In this document: positions 49,904 to 60,931 of the stretch, piece by piece | Layout: each line of letters opens with the position of its first letter | How positions within the stretch are numbered: position 1 is the first letter of the stretch | Assembly: GCA_963850305.1 (NCBI GenBank) | Contig: CAWKKR010000011.1 | Location: 224,001-288,000 of the forward strand | Direction: 5' to 3' | Source of the DNA: an uncultured delta proteobacterium | Lineage (GTDB): Bacteria > Myxococcota_A > Polyangia > Polyangiales > Polyangiaceae | Length of the DNA: 64,000 bases | Position numbers and translations under genes: made by a program | Notes under the pieces: generated by a model | The model's database searches: none | What the model was told of the DNA's origin: nothing | Seen by the model: only the letters and a program-made list of their open reading frames with translations

Positions 49904-50656
49904 ATGCGACGGTTCGAGAGGACTCTGTTCGTGGTCGCGCTCTCGACCGTCGCGATCGGTTGCGACGACAAGGCGGCTCCGACTCCCGCGGCGCCCGCGG
50001 CGACGGCGACGGAAGCGCCGGCGGTCGCTGCTCCGCCTCCGCAGCCGAAGGGCCCTCCGGAGTTCAGCGTATCCGCCGGGGGCGCGAAGATTGGCTGGAC
50101 GTACTTCGGGGGCGCGGACACGGAGAAGAAGCTTGGCGCGGAGATCGCGGAGGACAAGGAGTTCGTGGCCGGGAAGAACGTCGCGGTGAACGTGGACCGG
50201 CAAGCAAAGCTCGGCATGGTCGCGACGATGCTGCACGCGCTCGAAGACGGCGGCGCGACGTCCATGACGATCACGACGGACTCGCGTCCCGAGTATCCGA
50301 AGACCGTGACGTTCGTGACGCGAGCGGCGGGCAGATCGGCTCCCGAATGCAGCGTGGTCGCGGAGGTGCTCGCCGAGCGCAAGAACGCGGTCTGGAGCCT
50401 GAGGGGTGGGACCGCAATCAAGAGCTCGAAGGGCCTCGCGGGGCCGGACATGGTCGTGACCGCGGATCACCTGCAGAGCGCGGCGAAGCGCTGCAAAGAG
50501 TCGAGCTTCGTCTTCGTCTCGGCCGAAGAGGGGGTCGAATGGGGCCTCGTGTACGACCTCGCCGCCGCAAGCCAGGTGCTGGAAAAAGCGAAGCTCGACA
50601 AGGTCGTTCTGCTGTACCCGGCGCCGATTGCCGGACGGCCGGTGAAGGTGGAGTGA
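49904..50656 (+). CDS. Lipoprotein with ExbD/TolR-like periplasmic domain(s)
   Basis: AIGC lipobox; VNVDRQAKLG.V..ML.AL..GG and VSAEEGVEWG.VYDL resemble the ExbD core twice. Confidence 0.5.
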   Translation: MRRFERTLFVVALSTVAIGCDDKAAPTPAAPAATATEAPAVAAPPPQPKGPPEFSVSAGGAKIGWTYFGGADTEKKLGAEIAEDKEFVAGKNVAVNVDRQAKLGMVATMLHALEDGGATSMTITTDSRPEYPKTVTFVTRAAGRSAPECSVVAEVLAERKNAVWSLRGGTAIKSSKGLAGPDMVVTADHLQSAAKRCKESSFVFVSAEEGVEWGLVYDLAAASQVLEKAKLDKVVLLYPAPIAGRPVKVE

Positions 50657-50716
50657 CTCGCCCCGCTTGACCCAGCGAGGGACCCGCAGCACGTTCCGGC
50701 CCCGGAAAGGTCGGTC

Positions 50717-51805
50717 GTGGCTTCCCGCAAGAGTTCAAAGTCCAAGAGCAAGCGCAAGCGCGCCGCTTCGCACGCCGAGGAACCGGAGAAGGAAACCGAG
50801 GACGGCGAGGGCGAGAGCAATGGCGACGGCGACACGGGCGCCGCGAACGACGACGACCTCGTCGCCGAGGTGGCCGCGGACGGCGAACCCGAAGGCGTCG
50901 ACGACTCCGCGCTCGAGAAGATTTCGCGCAAGGATCGCTCTGCCGGCGCCATCACGCGCGTGGACCCGCTGCAGCTCTACATGAGCGAGGTCCAGAAGCA
51001 CGCGCTCCTCACGCCGGAGGAGGAGCACAGCCTCGCGGTCGCGTACGCCAAGGCGGGGGACGTCAAGGCCGCCGCCCGGCTCGTCACGGCGAACCTGCGG
51101 CTGGTGGTGAAGCTCGCGTACGAATATCGCCGCGCGTACAAGAACATCATGGACCTGATCCAGGAGGGGAACATCGGGCTCATGCAGGCGGTGAAGCGCT
51201 ACGACCCCTACCGCGGCGTGAAGCTCTCGAGCTACGCGGCGTGGTGGATCCGGGCGTACATGCTCCGGTTCATCCTGAACAACTGGCGCCTCGTGAAGAT
51301 CGGGACGACGCAGGCGCAACGGCGGCTGTTCTTCAACCTGAACAAGGAGAAGGCGCGACTGACGGCGATGGGCATAGAGCCCACGCACGCGACGATCGCG
51401 ACGAACCTCCGCGTGGAAGAGAAAGAAGTCGTCGAGATGGATCGGCGGCTCTCGCGCGGTGACGCGTCGCTCGACGCACCCATGGGCGACGCCGACGGGC
51501 GCCAGACGACGCGGATGGAGCTCCTCCCTTCCTCGAACGAAGGCCCGGACACCGCGGCGGAGAGCGCGGAGCTGTCCGAGCTCGTCCGCGCGCAACTGGA
51601 CGAGTTCCGGAAGACGCTCGCGGGCAAGGAGCTCGACATCTTCGACAAGCGGCTCGTGGCGGAAGAGCCGCTCACCTTGCAGGAGCTCGGGGACCAGTTC
51701 GGCGTCTCGCGCGAGCGCGTGCGGCAGCTGGAGGCGCGGCTCACGGGCAGGCTTCGCACCTTTCTCCAGGGCACGCTCGGCGACGCCGTCGAGGTCGGGA
51801 ACTGA
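50717..51805 (+). CDS. rpoH: RNA polymerase sigma factor, sigma-32/RpoH family
   Basis: [26 protein letters not shown], RpoH box [19 protein letters not shown]; acidic N-terminal extension. Confidence 0.85.
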   Translation: MASRKSSKSKSKRKRAASHAEEPEKETEDGEGESNGDGDTGAANDDDLVAEVAADGEPEGVDDSALEKISRKDRSAGAITRVDPLQLYMSEVQKHALLTPEEEHSLAVAYAKAGDVKAAARLVTANLRLVVKLAYEYRRAYKNIMDLIQEGNIGLMQAVKRYDPYRGVKLSSYAAWWIRAYMLRFILNNWRLVKIGTTQAQRRLFFNLNKEKARLTAMGIEPTHATIATNLRVEEKEVVEMDRRLSRGDASLDAPMGDADGRQTTRMELLPSSNEGPDTAAESAELSELVRAQLDEFRKTLAGKELDIFDKRLVAEEPLTLQELGDQFGVSRERVRQLEARLTGRLRTFLQGTLGDAVEVGN

Positions 51806-51855
51806 CCACGCCCGACGAACCGCGGTCTATCTCGGCCGCCGGGACCGGGACGCTC

Positions 51856-52680
51856 TTGGTCGTCGCGACGCCCATCGGCAACCTCGGAGACGTCACGCGA
51901 CGGGCGGTGGAGATCCTCGGCACGGCGGACCTGATCGCGGCCGAGGACACGCGCCGAGCGCGGGCGCTCCTGTCACACCTGGGCATCACCGGGAAAAGCC
52001 TGGTGGCGCTCGACGCGAACGCGACGGCGCGCGCGATCGAGGCGGTCGTGGCGCGACTTCGCGACGGCGCGCGCGTCGCGTTCGTCACCGACGCGGGCAC
52101 GCCGAGCGTGAGCGATCCGGGAACGCGCCTGGTGCGAGCCGCCGCGGACGCCGGCGCGAACGTCCTCGCCATCCCCGGTCCGAGCGCCGTCACGGCAGCC
52201 GTCGCCGTGTCGGGCTTCGTCGAGGGGCCATTTCTGTTCCTCGGCTTTCTCGCGCGGCACGGCGAGAAGAGGAAGCGCGCCATCCGGAGGATCTTGCGCT
52301 CGCCGGAGCCCGTCGTGCTGTTCGAAGCACCGACGCGGGTCCGCGAAACGCTCGCGGACCTCGCGAGCGTGATGCCAGAGCGCGCCGCGTGCATCGCGCG
52401 CGAGCTGACGAAGCTGCACGAAGAAGCACTGCGGGGCACGCTCGCAGCTCTCGCGGCCGAGCCGCTGACCGAGCGCGGCGAGTTCACGATCGTCGTGGAC
52501 GGCGCGGGCGACGTCGTGGACGACGAAGGTATCGACGTGGACGCGCTCGTGTCGGAGCGTCTGGAAGCGGGCGATCCCCCGCGCACCGTCGCGGACGACG
52601 TCGCGACGATCACGGGGCGGCCGCGGCGCGAAATCTACGCGCGCGTGCTCGAGCTCCGCCGCCGTCGTGACGAGGGCTGA
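51856..52680 (+). CDS. rsmI: 16S rRNA C1402 2'-O-methyltransferase (start may be a few codons upstream)
   Basis: [39 protein letters not shown]. Confidence 0.95.
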   Translation: MVVATPIGNLGDVTRRAVEILGTADLIAAEDTRRARALLSHLGITGKSLVALDANATARAIEAVVARLRDGARVAFVTDAGTPSVSDPGTRLVRAAADAGANVLAIPGPSAVTAAVAVSGFVEGPFLFLGFLARHGEKRKRAIRRILRSPEPVVLFEAPTRVRETLADLASVMPERAACIARELTKLHEEALRGTLAALAAEPLTERGEFTIVVDGAGDVVDDEGIDVDALVSERLEAGDPPRTVADDVATITGRPRREIYARVLELRRRRDEG

Positions 52681-53174
52681 GCGTCTCGCGACGCGGAAGA
52701 CGGCGCGCGGCCCGCCAGACGCAGCCGCTCCTTGCGGCGCTTCGCCGCGGCCGCGTGTCGGCGCCTGTCCTCGGCCGTCTTCGGAACGAGGGCTGGAACC
52801 GAGCGCGGCGCGCCATCCGCGTCGGTCGCCACGAACGTCAGGTACGCCTTCGTCGTGTAGCGACGCTCGCCAGTACGCGGGTCCTCCGTCTCCACGCGAC
52901 ACCCGACCTCCATGCTCGTGCGCCCCGCGTAGTTCACCTGCGCCTGGAGCACCACGACGTCCCCAACGTGAATGGGGACGAGGAAATCAAGTCGGTCGAT
53001 CGACGCGGTGACGGCGCTGCCGGAGCAATGTCGCATCGCGGCCACGGCTCCGCAGACGTCGATCCACTGCACCAGCACGCCGCCGAAGAGAACGCCCCCG
53101 ACGCCGTTCGTGTGTGTGGGCATGACGATCTGGGTCATCTCGACCCGGGAGGCAGCGGGAGTACGCGAGGGCAT
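52635..53174 (-). CDS. Acyl-CoA thioesterase (YciA/hotdog fold)
   Basis: VMP.HTN..G.LFGG...WID, VTASID...[22 protein letters not shown]; start ATG 53174. Confidence 0.9.
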   Translation of the reverse strand: MPSRTPAASRVEMTQIVMPTHTNGVGGVLFGGVLVQWIDVCGAVAAMRHCSGSAVTASIDRLDFLVPIHVGDVVVLQAQVNYAGRTSMEVGCRVETEDPRTGERRYTTKAYLTFVATDADGAPRSVPALVPKTAEDRRRHAAAAKRRKERLRLAGRAPSSASRDAQPSSRRRRSSSTRA

Positions 53175-53291
53175 GGAGCGCGGATTGTAGCGTGAACCAA
53201 GGCCGAGCGATGCCTTGCACTCGCGCCCGATCATCATCGAGCCTCTGAAAGGCGCCGCGTGATACGCTCTGCCGAACGGGAGGATGAGGCG

Positions 53292-53975
53292 ATGACCAAG
53301 CGGTTTCGTGGGGCTGTCTTCGGTGCGGAGGCTTCTTGCGCCATACTGGCGCTCGTGGCGGTTGCGTGCGGCGGTGAGAACAACGGCAGCGGAAGCGCGT
53401 CGTGTCCGGCCGTCACCGCGTGTGGCGGCGACCTGGTGGGCGTCTGGAACATCCAATCCATGTGCGCGAGGATCCCTCTCACAGCGCTGGACGCTGACGG
53501 GGGTGCCGGCACCGGCTTGCCCGCGGCCTGCAACGACGCCCTCCAGGGTGCCCTGGACCAGGACGCCGTCACACCGACCGGCGCCACGATCGAGTTCACG
53601 AGCGACGGCCAGTACACCGAGAGCGGTACGATCGCGATATCGTTCCCCGTCGACTACTCGGCGGAGTGCCTGGCGGCGCTCGGCGGTCCCCCGGCGTCGA
53701 GCTCCACTTGCGACCAGATCGCGGCGAGCTTCGGCGCGAGCCAACCAGGCGCGAGCGGCACGTGTACGCTCGCGTCCGGCGGATGTCGGTGCTCCGCCAG
53801 CATGCCCAGTGCCTTCGACGCCACGGGCCCCTACCAGACCGAAGGAACGACCCTGACTTTCGATGGTACGCCACCCGGTGGCCCCTACTGCGTCCAAGGC
53901 AACACCGCGACGATCACGGCAGACGAGGACGGCACGACCGGAAGCCTGAGCTTGACTCGAGCCTCCACCAATTGA
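53292..53975 (+). CDS. Lipoprotein (CGGD..G.W / YCV.G type)
   Basis: AVAC lipobox, [17 protein letters not shown]. Confidence 0.7.
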   Translation: MTKRFRGAVFGAEASCAILALVAVACGGENNGSGSASCPAVTACGGDLVGVWNIQSMCARIPLTALDADGGAGTGLPAACNDALQGALDQDAVTPTGATIEFTSDGQYTESGTIAISFPVDYSAECLAALGGPPASSSTCDQIAASFGASQPGASGTCTLASGGCRCSASMPSAFDATGPYQTEGTTLTFDGTPPGGPYCVQGNTATITADEDGTTGSLSLTRASTN

Positions 53976-54043
53976 CGGCTCTCCTGCCGCTCGGGCGACC
54001 AGGCTTCAACTGCGAAGACTGCCTGTGCTAAGAGCGGGGCCCC

Positions 54044-55674
54044 GTGTTCGACGCGCTCAAAAAGGGGTTCCGCGAAGCTCAGAACCGGCTCTCCGGGCTG
54101 ACCGACCTGGACGAGAAGAATATCCAGCCGGCGCTCCGCGAGGTCCGGCTCTCGCTGCTGGAGGCGGACGTCGAGCTCGGCGTCGTGAAGCGCTTCCTCG
54201 CCCGGGTCGAGGAGAAGGCCGTCGGGCGCACCGTGCAGACCACCGTGAAGCACGCGGGCGAGAAGGTGCGCGTGGCCGCGGGCGACCAGTTCGTGAAGAT
54301 CTGCCACGACGAGCTCGTCGGCATGATGAACCACGAGGGCGACGCCATCCGCTTCGCGGAGAAGCGCGAGCGCACGGGGATCATGATGGTCGGGCTCCAG
54401 GGCTCGGGCAAGACGACGACGTGCGCGAAGCTCGCTCGACTCCTGTCGAAAGAAGGCAAGAAGCCGCTGCTCGTCGCCGCCGACATGCAGCGCCCCGCGG
54501 CGGTCGAGCAGCTCAAGATCCTCGGCGAGCAGATCGACGTGCCGGTGTTCAACGTCGCGGGCGCGTCGCCGCTCGACATCTGCCGGGCCGCGGACGAAGA
54601 AGCGAAGCGGCTCGGCCGCGACGTCATCGTGTACGACACGGCGGGCCGCCTCGCGATCGACGAGCCTCTGATGCAGGAGCTCGGCGACATCAAGGGCATC
54701 GCCGAGCCCGAGAATATCTTCCTCGTCGATCGACGCGATGATCGGCCAGGACGCCGTGAAGACGGCCGCGTCGTTCAACGAACGGCTCGGCATCACCGGC
54801 GTCGTGCTCACGAAGCTCGACGGCGACGCGCGCGGCGGCGCGGCGCTCAGCGTGAAGGAAGTGACGGGCGCGCCGATACTGTTCTCCGGCGTGGGCGAAG
54901 GGACGGACAAGCTCGAGGAGTTCCGCGCGGAGGGGATGGCGGGACGCATCCTCGGCATGGGCGACGTCGTCGGCCTGATGAAGGACTTCGAGGGCGTCGT
55001 CGATCAGAAGAAGGCGGAAGCCGACGCGAAGCGGATGATGTCGGGCGAATTCTCGCTCGACGACTTCCTGCAGCAGGTTCCGCACGATCAAGCAGATGGG
55101 CTCGCTGAAGGATCTCGTGGAGCGCATCCCGGGCCTCGGCGGCATGATGCCCCCCGGCGTCGACCTGGACGACAAGGAGCTCGTCCGGATCGAGGCGATG
55201 ATCCAGTCGATGACGTTCGAGGAGAAGAACGACCCGAACGCGCTCGTGCGAGAGCCGGGCCGCGTGAAGCGCATCGCGCGCGGCTCGGGCACGCCGGAAC
55301 AGGCCGTCTCCGAGCTCGTCCAGAAGTTCCTCTTCATGAAGCAGATGATGGGCGGGCTGGGCGGGGACATGGGCATGCTCGGGAAGATCCCGGGCATGAA
55401 GAACCTGGCGATGGCCCGCAACGTCCGGCGCGCCATGAAGAACGGGAAGATGCCCCCTGGATTCCCTGGCGCGGGAGCACCCGGAATGCCGGGGTTTCCG
55501 GGGGGGGGAATGCCCGGAATGGGGATGCCGGGCTTCCCGGGCATGCCCGGCTTCGGCGGGGACGGCGGCGCGGTCGCTCCGCGCATGCGGCAGCTCTCGC
55601 AAGCCGAGAAAAATGCGCGAAAAAACCAGCGCAAGCGCGAGCGTGACTCGCGTAAAAAGAACCGAGGAAAATGA
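54044..55674 (+). CDS. ffh: Signal recognition particle protein Ffh; 1-nt indels near 54728 and 55079
   Basis: LLEADV, GLQGSGKTT, DTAGR, TKLDGDARGG, RILGMGD, SMT..E, RIARGSG spread over three frames. Confidence 0.95.
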
Positions 55675-56270
55675 CGAACCGCCCCCCTCGCTCGGCAGTC
55701 CTGGTCTCGGCGCTCGCGCTAGCGTCGCTGCTCGGTTGTGCGCCTGCGACGACGAAACCTTCGGAGGCGGCCGCGGCCCTCGCACCGTTCGCGCACGACG
55801 CGGTGACGGCGGCGCACGCGATACGCATCGATTTCGGGAGCAAGATCGAGCTCGTCGGCTACGACGTGACGCCGGAGGGCACGGCCGGGCCCGGCGCGTC
55901 GGCACACCTGACGCTCTACTGGCGCCGGACGGGGAACCTCGATCCGGGCTGGCAGCTCTTCACGCATCTCGAGAACGATCGGAACCAGAACATCGCCAAT
56001 CTGGATCGCATGGGCGAATTTCGCGGCGCCCTCGCCGACAAGCCCGAGGGCGTCGAACTCCTCGAGCTCGGCAAGATCTACACGGACGAGCAAACCTTCC
56101 CGATGCCGAAGGCGGAGGATCTGACGCCCCAGGTGTCGGTCGTCGTCGGCGTGTGGAATAACGACATGCGCTTGCCGGTTGTCAGCGGGCCGACGAACGG
56201 GGAAGCCGCCGGGCTCGTCACCCATTTCGTCACGGGAGTGCCCGCGCGACGCGCCCGGGCCGGCAGCTAA
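55671..56270 (+). CDS. Lipoprotein with Ig-like beta domain
   Basis: LLGC lipobox; KIELVGYD..TLYW..GWQLFTH..KIY.DEQ.F..VGVW..RLPVV.GP, paralogous to the next gene's N-domain. Confidence 0.65.
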   Translation: MTNRPPRSAVLVSALALASLLGCAPATTKPSEAAAALAPFAHDAVTAAHAIRIDFGSKIELVGYDVTPEGTAGPGASAHLTLYWRRTGNLDPGWQLFTHLENDRNQNIANLDRMGEFRGALADKPEGVELLELGKIYTDEQTFPMPKAEDLTPQVSVVVGVWNNDMRLPVVSGPTNGEAAGLVTHFVTGVPARRARAGS

Positions 56271-56295
56271 GCTCTTTCATTCTTCGGAGGAAATC

Positions 56296-57759
56296 ATGCG
56301 ACGAGGGATTCTTGGTTTCTGGTTGGTCCTGTGCCCCGCCGTGCTCGCGGGCGCGTGCGTCGGCGGCTCGAAGGAAGAGGCGCCGGTGGATGAAACCCAG
56401 GCGCTGAAGCAGTTCGTCCTGGACAAGGAGCCGGCGGACATCACCAAGGTCGGCATCAACTACGACAACAAGATCACGCTCGTCGGCGCGCGCCTGGAAC
56501 CGAGCACGCCGGTCCACCCCGGCGATCACGTCAAGCTCACGATGTACTGGCGCGTCGACAAAGAGCTCGGCGACCCGGGATGGAAGCTCTTCACGCACGT
56601 CATGGACGGCGCGGGCGAGCGCATCCTGAACATCGACAACGTCGGCCCGCTGCGACGGTACGTCGGAAGCGAGCAGGCCCTCGGCCCGAGCGCCTGGAAG
56701 AAGGGCAAGGTCTACGTCGACGAACAGGACTTCGTCGTGCCCCGCAAGGTAAAGACCGCCACCATCACGGCCACGGTCGGCATCTGGAAAGCCGATGACC
56801 GCTTGCCCATCGTCGCGGGCCCGCACGAAAGAGACAACCGGGGCATCGCGGCCACGATCCAGGTCACGGGCATCGGCGCGGCCTCCGCGACCCCCGCGGC
56901 GGCGCGCGTCCCCGAGCTTCGCGTGGACAAGCTCGAGCACGGCGTGAAGATCAATATCGACGGCAAGCTCGACGACGAAGCGTGGAGAACCGCGCCGTCG
57001 ACGGGCCCGTTCGTGGATGTCAGAACGGGACGCCCGAACCCTCCCGGAGCGCCGCTCGGCGGAACGGCGAAGGTGCTCTGGGACGACACGTCGCTCTACG
57101 TCGGCATCCAGGTGAGGGACGGAGACGTCATCGGCGGCTTCAAGAAAGACGAGAAGGACCCGCACCTCTGGACCAAGGACACCGTCGAGATCATGGTCGA
57201 CCCCGACGGCGACGGGGACAACAAGGACTACTACGAGATCCAGATCAACCCGCAGAACCTCGTGTTCGATTCCGAGTTCGACTCGTACAACACGCCGAGG
57301 ACGGAGCCCGACGGCCCGTACGGCCACCAGGAATGGTCGGCGAAATTGAAGAGCGCCGTCACCATCCAGGGCACCATCGACAAGAGCGACGACCACGACG
57401 ACGGCTACATCGTGGAGGCCGCCATTCCGTGGAAGTCGTTCTCGAAGGCGAAGAAGACCCCGCCCGACGTCGGCGACTCGTGGCGGATGAACCTCTACGC
57501 GATGAAGAACAATGGCGGCGTCGCGTGGTCGCCCATCCTCGGACAAGGGAACTTCCACCGCGCGTCCCGGTTCGGTCGCATCACGTGGGCCATCAAGGGC
57601 TGGACGCCCCCTGTGCCCAAGGCAGCACCGTCAGCGAGCGCGGCCCCCACGGCGAGCGCGGCGCCCCCGGCAAGCGCGGCCCCCGCGGCGAGCAGCGAAA
57701 AGCACCATCTGCCGACGATGAAACCGCCGACCATCGTCAAGGCTCCTGCGCCGCACTGA
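56296..57759 (+). CDS. Lipoprotein: Ig-like domain + CBM9/DOMON-like sugar-binding domain
   Basis: AGAC lipobox; IDGKLDD.AW, WDD..LY, D.VEI.VDPDGD...YYE.QINP, VE.AIPW, WRMN. Confidence 0.8.
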   Translation: MRRGILGFWLVLCPAVLAGACVGGSKEEAPVDETQALKQFVLDKEPADITKVGINYDNKITLVGARLEPSTPVHPGDHVKLTMYWRVDKELGDPGWKLFTHVMDGAGERILNIDNVGPLRRYVGSEQALGPSAWKKGKVYVDEQDFVVPRKVKTATITATVGIWKADDRLPIVAGPHERDNRGIAATIQVTGIGAASATPAAARVPELRVDKLEHGVKINIDGKLDDEAWRTAPSTGPFVDVRTGRPNPPGAPLGGTAKVLWDDTSLYVGIQVRDGDVIGGFKKDEKDPHLWTKDTVEIMVDPDGDGDNKDYYEIQINPQNLVFDSEFDSYNTPRTEPDGPYGHQEWSAKLKSAVTIQGTIDKSDDHDDGYIVEAAIPWKSFSKAKKTPPDVGDSWRMNLYAMKNNGGVAWSPILGQGNFHRASRFGRITWAIKGWTPPVPKAAPSASAAPTASAAPPASAAPAASSEKHHLPTMKPPTIVKAPAPH

Positions 57760-57925
57760 ATCGGGCGCGGCTTCAGACCGTGACGTCGCGACGTCATGCG
57801 CTCCGGCGCGCTGCAGCGCGGCCACCGCGCCTGCGCGCCGTGGGGACGGCCAGAGATTTTCACGGGACGCCGGGAAGGGCAGAACTCGGGTAGTCTCGGG
57901 CGTGATGCGGGGTCTCCAGCGCGGC

Positions 57926-58339
57926 TCAGAGCCCGTAGCGGCTGCGCACGACGGCTTCGGCGTCGGCGCAGCGGCGCGCGAGCTCGGCGGAGCGATGCAG
58001 CTTCGCCTCGGTCTCGGCAAGGAGGGCGGCGGCGCGGGGCGCAGGCGCGCGGGCGTCCGCGGTCGCTCGGCGCACGGCGCCGAGCTCGTCCTCGATCTCG
58101 ACCAGGAGCGTGTAGGCGTCGGTGCACGTCTTCTTCAAGGCGCAGAGATCGCTCCCGGAGCACTCGAGGCCCTTCAGGGCCTCGAGGAAGGGGCGCTTGC
58201 CGTCGTGCGGCGCCCAGCGAAGCGCCTCCGTGGCGTGTGTCACTCGTCCGGCTTCGCCCCGGCGCGCTTCAGCCCGTTCCCCGTGACAAGCGACGCTCGA
58301 CAAAACCGCAGCGACAAACAAAATCCCGGCTGGTCTCAT
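57926..58339 (-). CDS. Hypothetical lipoprotein
   Basis: SVAC lipobox, helical with spaced Cys; fills the gap between confident genes. Confidence 0.55.
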   Translation of the reverse strand: MRPAGILFVAAVLSSVACHGERAEARRGEAGRVTHATEALRWAPHDGKRPFLEALKGLECSGSDLCALKKTCTDAYTLLVEIEDELGAVRRATADARAPAPRAAALLAETEAKLHRSAELARRCADAEAVVRSRYGL

Positions 58340-58426
58340 TTTTCTCGAGAGCGGTGCGACGGGATGGGCTCCGGTGCCCCTCCCTTCGCAACGAGTTGCC
58401 GGCTTGCCGCTCGTGAAGACCGGTCT

Positions 58427-58963
58427 TCAGTCGGCCTGCTTGGGCACAGGGCCGAGCTGGATCCGCTCACCCACGTAGGAGCCGATCAACGTGAAGAGGA
58501 CCCCGAGCGCGGACATGAGGACGTACATGAATGCGGGCATCGCCTTCACGGTCTGGCTCTGGAACAGAAGAAACGCCGTCGGCATCGCGACCAGGAACGT
58601 TGCCACGACGGGCTCGATGAACGTGCGACCGGGCGAGATCAGGCCGACCAGCATGCCCGCGAGGAACCAGACCGGAATCGAGACGAGCATCCCGGCGGAG
58701 CCTTCGAAGTCGAACACCGGAAGCACCATCGGAAGGCCCATGATGATCGCCGCGGTGAGCACGCCCACGATCACGACGGAAATGCCGAACCAGGTCGGAC
58801 TGAAACCCTCTTGCTGGTATCGGCGCTCGAGCTCCTCCTGCCGCGACAGGACGCGCTTCAGGTCCTCGATTTTCGCGCCGCAGGACACGCAGCGGTTGTT
58901 CTGGAGTGGCAACCCGTTCTTGAAGCCACAAGACGGGCAGACGACTTGCTTCGGCTGGACCAT
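58427..58963 (-). CDS. Zinc-ribbon membrane protein
   Basis: CPSCG...CVSCG followed by four TM helices. Confidence 0.75.
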   Translation of the reverse strand: MVQPKQVVCPSCGFKNGLPLQNNRCVSCGAKIEDLKRVLSRQEELERRYQQEGFSPTWFGISVVIVGVLTAAIIMGLPMVLPVFDFEGSAGMLVSIPVWFLAGMLVGLISPGRTFIEPVVATFLVAMPTAFLLFQSQTVKAMPAFMYVLMSALGVLFTLIGSYVGERIQLGPVPKQAD

Positions 58964-59068
58964 GGGTACGGTGCGAGCCTACCAAGCTTTCCGCCGATAC
59001 CCCAATCCCTCGCCCGGGCCCGCCTTTATCCCGGGAACCCGGGGGGGCCGGCTAGTGTCTGAATCGAC

Positions 59069-59737
59069 GTGCCCCGGCCAGCGTCTCTCTCGCCCACGGA
59101 CCCGGACCCCACGGGAAACATCGATCCCGAGCTGGATGCGCTGCCCACGCCGCGACGTCCCTGGCGCCGCGCGACCCTCGTCCTGATGGGGCTGACCGCG
59201 GTCGCCGCCACGATGGTCGGAGCGGGACTCCTGCCGCTCGCGCGTTACGCAATCGAAGCGGGGCCTCCCCGGGACGTCGGAGACCTCACGCATGTTCAGC
59301 TCGGCCGGAGCTCGGCGAACCGCTGGGTTCACGCGGTCGGGCCGCTCGCCGCCCGCGGAGTCGAGTACCAGCGCCCGCTCGATTCGGACCGCTACCGGCT
59401 GGTGCAATCCGCTGACAACCCGCGGGTGTGGGTCGAGCTGCGCATCCCGAAGGACATCGAGCCGGAATACTACGTGGCGCCCAATTCCTTCGTCGGGAGA
59501 CTCGTCCCCCTCGAGAATGCCGGGCTTCGTTACGGCGCGGTCGCCGACGCCGCGGAGACGATCCTCGGACATGCGCTGCCGTCCGGAACCTGGGTCCTCA
59601 TCGACGGCGAGTCGCCCGCGACGACGCGCTGGTCGGTGGCGTTCGTGGCGCTCTTCGCCGCGTTCGCGGCGTTCAACATCTGGGGAATCGGCCGGCTCCT
59701 GCTCCCGGTGAACGAGGGTAAGCTGCCGGCGCGATGA
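59069..59737 (+). CDS. Hypothetical membrane protein (two TMs)
   Basis: DPEL.ALP.PRRP N-terminus, two hydrophobic segments, ATGA coupling to thiO. Confidence 0.65.
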   Translation: MPRPASLSPTDPDPTGNIDPELDALPTPRRPWRRATLVLMGLTAVAATMVGAGLLPLARYAIEAGPPRDVGDLTHVQLGRSSANRWVHAVGPLAARGVEYQRPLDSDRYRLVQSADNPRVWVELRIPKDIEPEYYVAPNSFVGRLVPLENAGLRYGAVADAAETILGHALPSGTWVLIDGESPATTRWSVAFVALFAAFAAFNIWGIGRLLLPVNEGKLPAR

Positions 59738-60882
59738 CTGCCGCGTCGGTCCCGAAGACACGCGTGGTGCACGCAGACGTCGTCGTGATCGGCGGCGGCG
59801 TGATGGGTTCCGCGTGCGCGTGGAAGCTCGCGCAGGCGGGTCGTCGCGTGGTCGTGCTCGAAAAGAGCGTCCCGGGAGCGGAAGCCTCGAGCGCGGCCGC
59901 CGGCATCCTCGGCGCGCTCGCGGAGGCGCACGGTCCTGGCGCCATGTCGGATCTCTTGCTCGCCTCTCGGCGTCGCTACGACGACTGGGCGCGGGAGCTC
60001 CGGCAGATTACCGGAATGGACGTCGAGTTCGTCGCCTCCGGTGTGCTGCGCGTCGGGCTGGATGCGCCCGCTGCGGCTCGCGCCGCAAATGACGTCGCGT
60101 GGATGGAGGGCACGGGCCGAACCGTGGAGCGCCTCGGCGCGGACGCGGTCCGGAGACTCGAGCCAGCGCTCGCGCCGACGGCGGGAGGCGTGCGATTTCC
60201 GGACGACGCGCGAGTGGACCCGAAGGCTCTGTTTCGCGCCGTTCACGTCGCGGCGCTCCGCGCTGGCGCACGGTTCGAAACCGGAGCGTACGTGCGACGC
60301 ATTCTGGTGGAGGAAGAGACCGCGCGCGGCGTCGCGGTCGAGGGCGGCACCGAGTACCTGGCGCCAACGGTCGTGGTCGCGGCGGGTAGCTGGTCCACGA
60401 TCGTCACGGGGACTCCCGTCGCGGAACACGCGGTGGTACCCGCGCGCGGACAGATCGTGGAGCTCGACATGCCGGCGCCGCCGTTCACGCACGTGGTCAT
60501 GGGACCGAGGTGCTACCTCGTCCCGCGGAACGACGGGCGGGTGCTCGTGGGCTCGACGCTGGAGTTCGTCGGCTACCGCCGCGAAGTCACCGCGCGCGCC
60601 GTTCGCGATCTGCTCGACGCGGCGATCGAGCTCGCGCCGTCGCTCGGCGAGGCGGCGCTCCGGGCGAGCTGGTCCAACTTTCGTCCGTACACCGAGGACG
60701 AGCTTCCGCTCGTCGGCTCGTGCCGGGTTCGCGGCTTGCTGCTCGCGACGGGTCACTACAGAAACGGCATCTTGCTCGCGCCGATCACCGCCGAGATAAT
60801 CCGGGCCCTCGCCCTCGGCGACGAGCCCCCCGTCGACGTGACGCCGTTCGAAGCCTCGCGGCTTCCGGGGTCCGTGAGCTAG
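59734..60882 (+). CDS. thiO: Glycine oxidase
   Basis: GGGVMG, ASSAAAGIL, AAGSWS, RGQ, YLVPR.DG...VGST, GHYRNGILLAP.TA. Confidence 0.88.
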   Translation: MTAASVPKTRVVHADVVVIGGGVMGSACAWKLAQAGRRVVVLEKSVPGAEASSAAAGILGALAEAHGPGAMSDLLLASRRRYDDWARELRQITGMDVEFVASGVLRVGLDAPAAARAANDVAWMEGTGRTVERLGADAVRRLEPALAPTAGGVRFPDDARVDPKALFRAVHVAALRAGARFETGAYVRRILVEEETARGVAVEGGTEYLAPTVVVAAGSWSTIVTGTPVAEHAVVPARGQIVELDMPAPPFTHVVMGPRCYLVPRNDGRVLVGSTLEFVGYRREVTARAVRDLLDAAIELAPSLGEAALRASWSNFRPYTEDELPLVGSCRVRGLLLATGHYRNGILLAPITAEIIRALALGDEPPVDVTPFEASRLPGSVS

Positions 60883-60931
60883 ACTCGCGATTGTCGATTC
60901 CGCACGCCGGGGTTCCGGAATAAAGAGCGCC

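Noticed and set aside
52635..52680. 46-bp convergent overlap of rsmI and the thioesterase
   Set aside because: A low-complexity tail extension, common in GC-rich genomes.
53976..54043. SRP RNA (ffs) next to ffh
   Set aside because: The conserved GGAA tetraloop / AGCAG domain IV motif is absent and the gap is too short.
54044..55674. Frameshifts in ffh (also mpl, CcP, histidine kinase, 3D protein, PIG-V-like and last gene) as pseudogenes or programmed frameshifts
   Set aside because: Each is a single extra base with intact conserved sequence on both sides and no slippery motif, and ffh is essential. Long-read indel error is the simplest explanation; read polishing would confirm.
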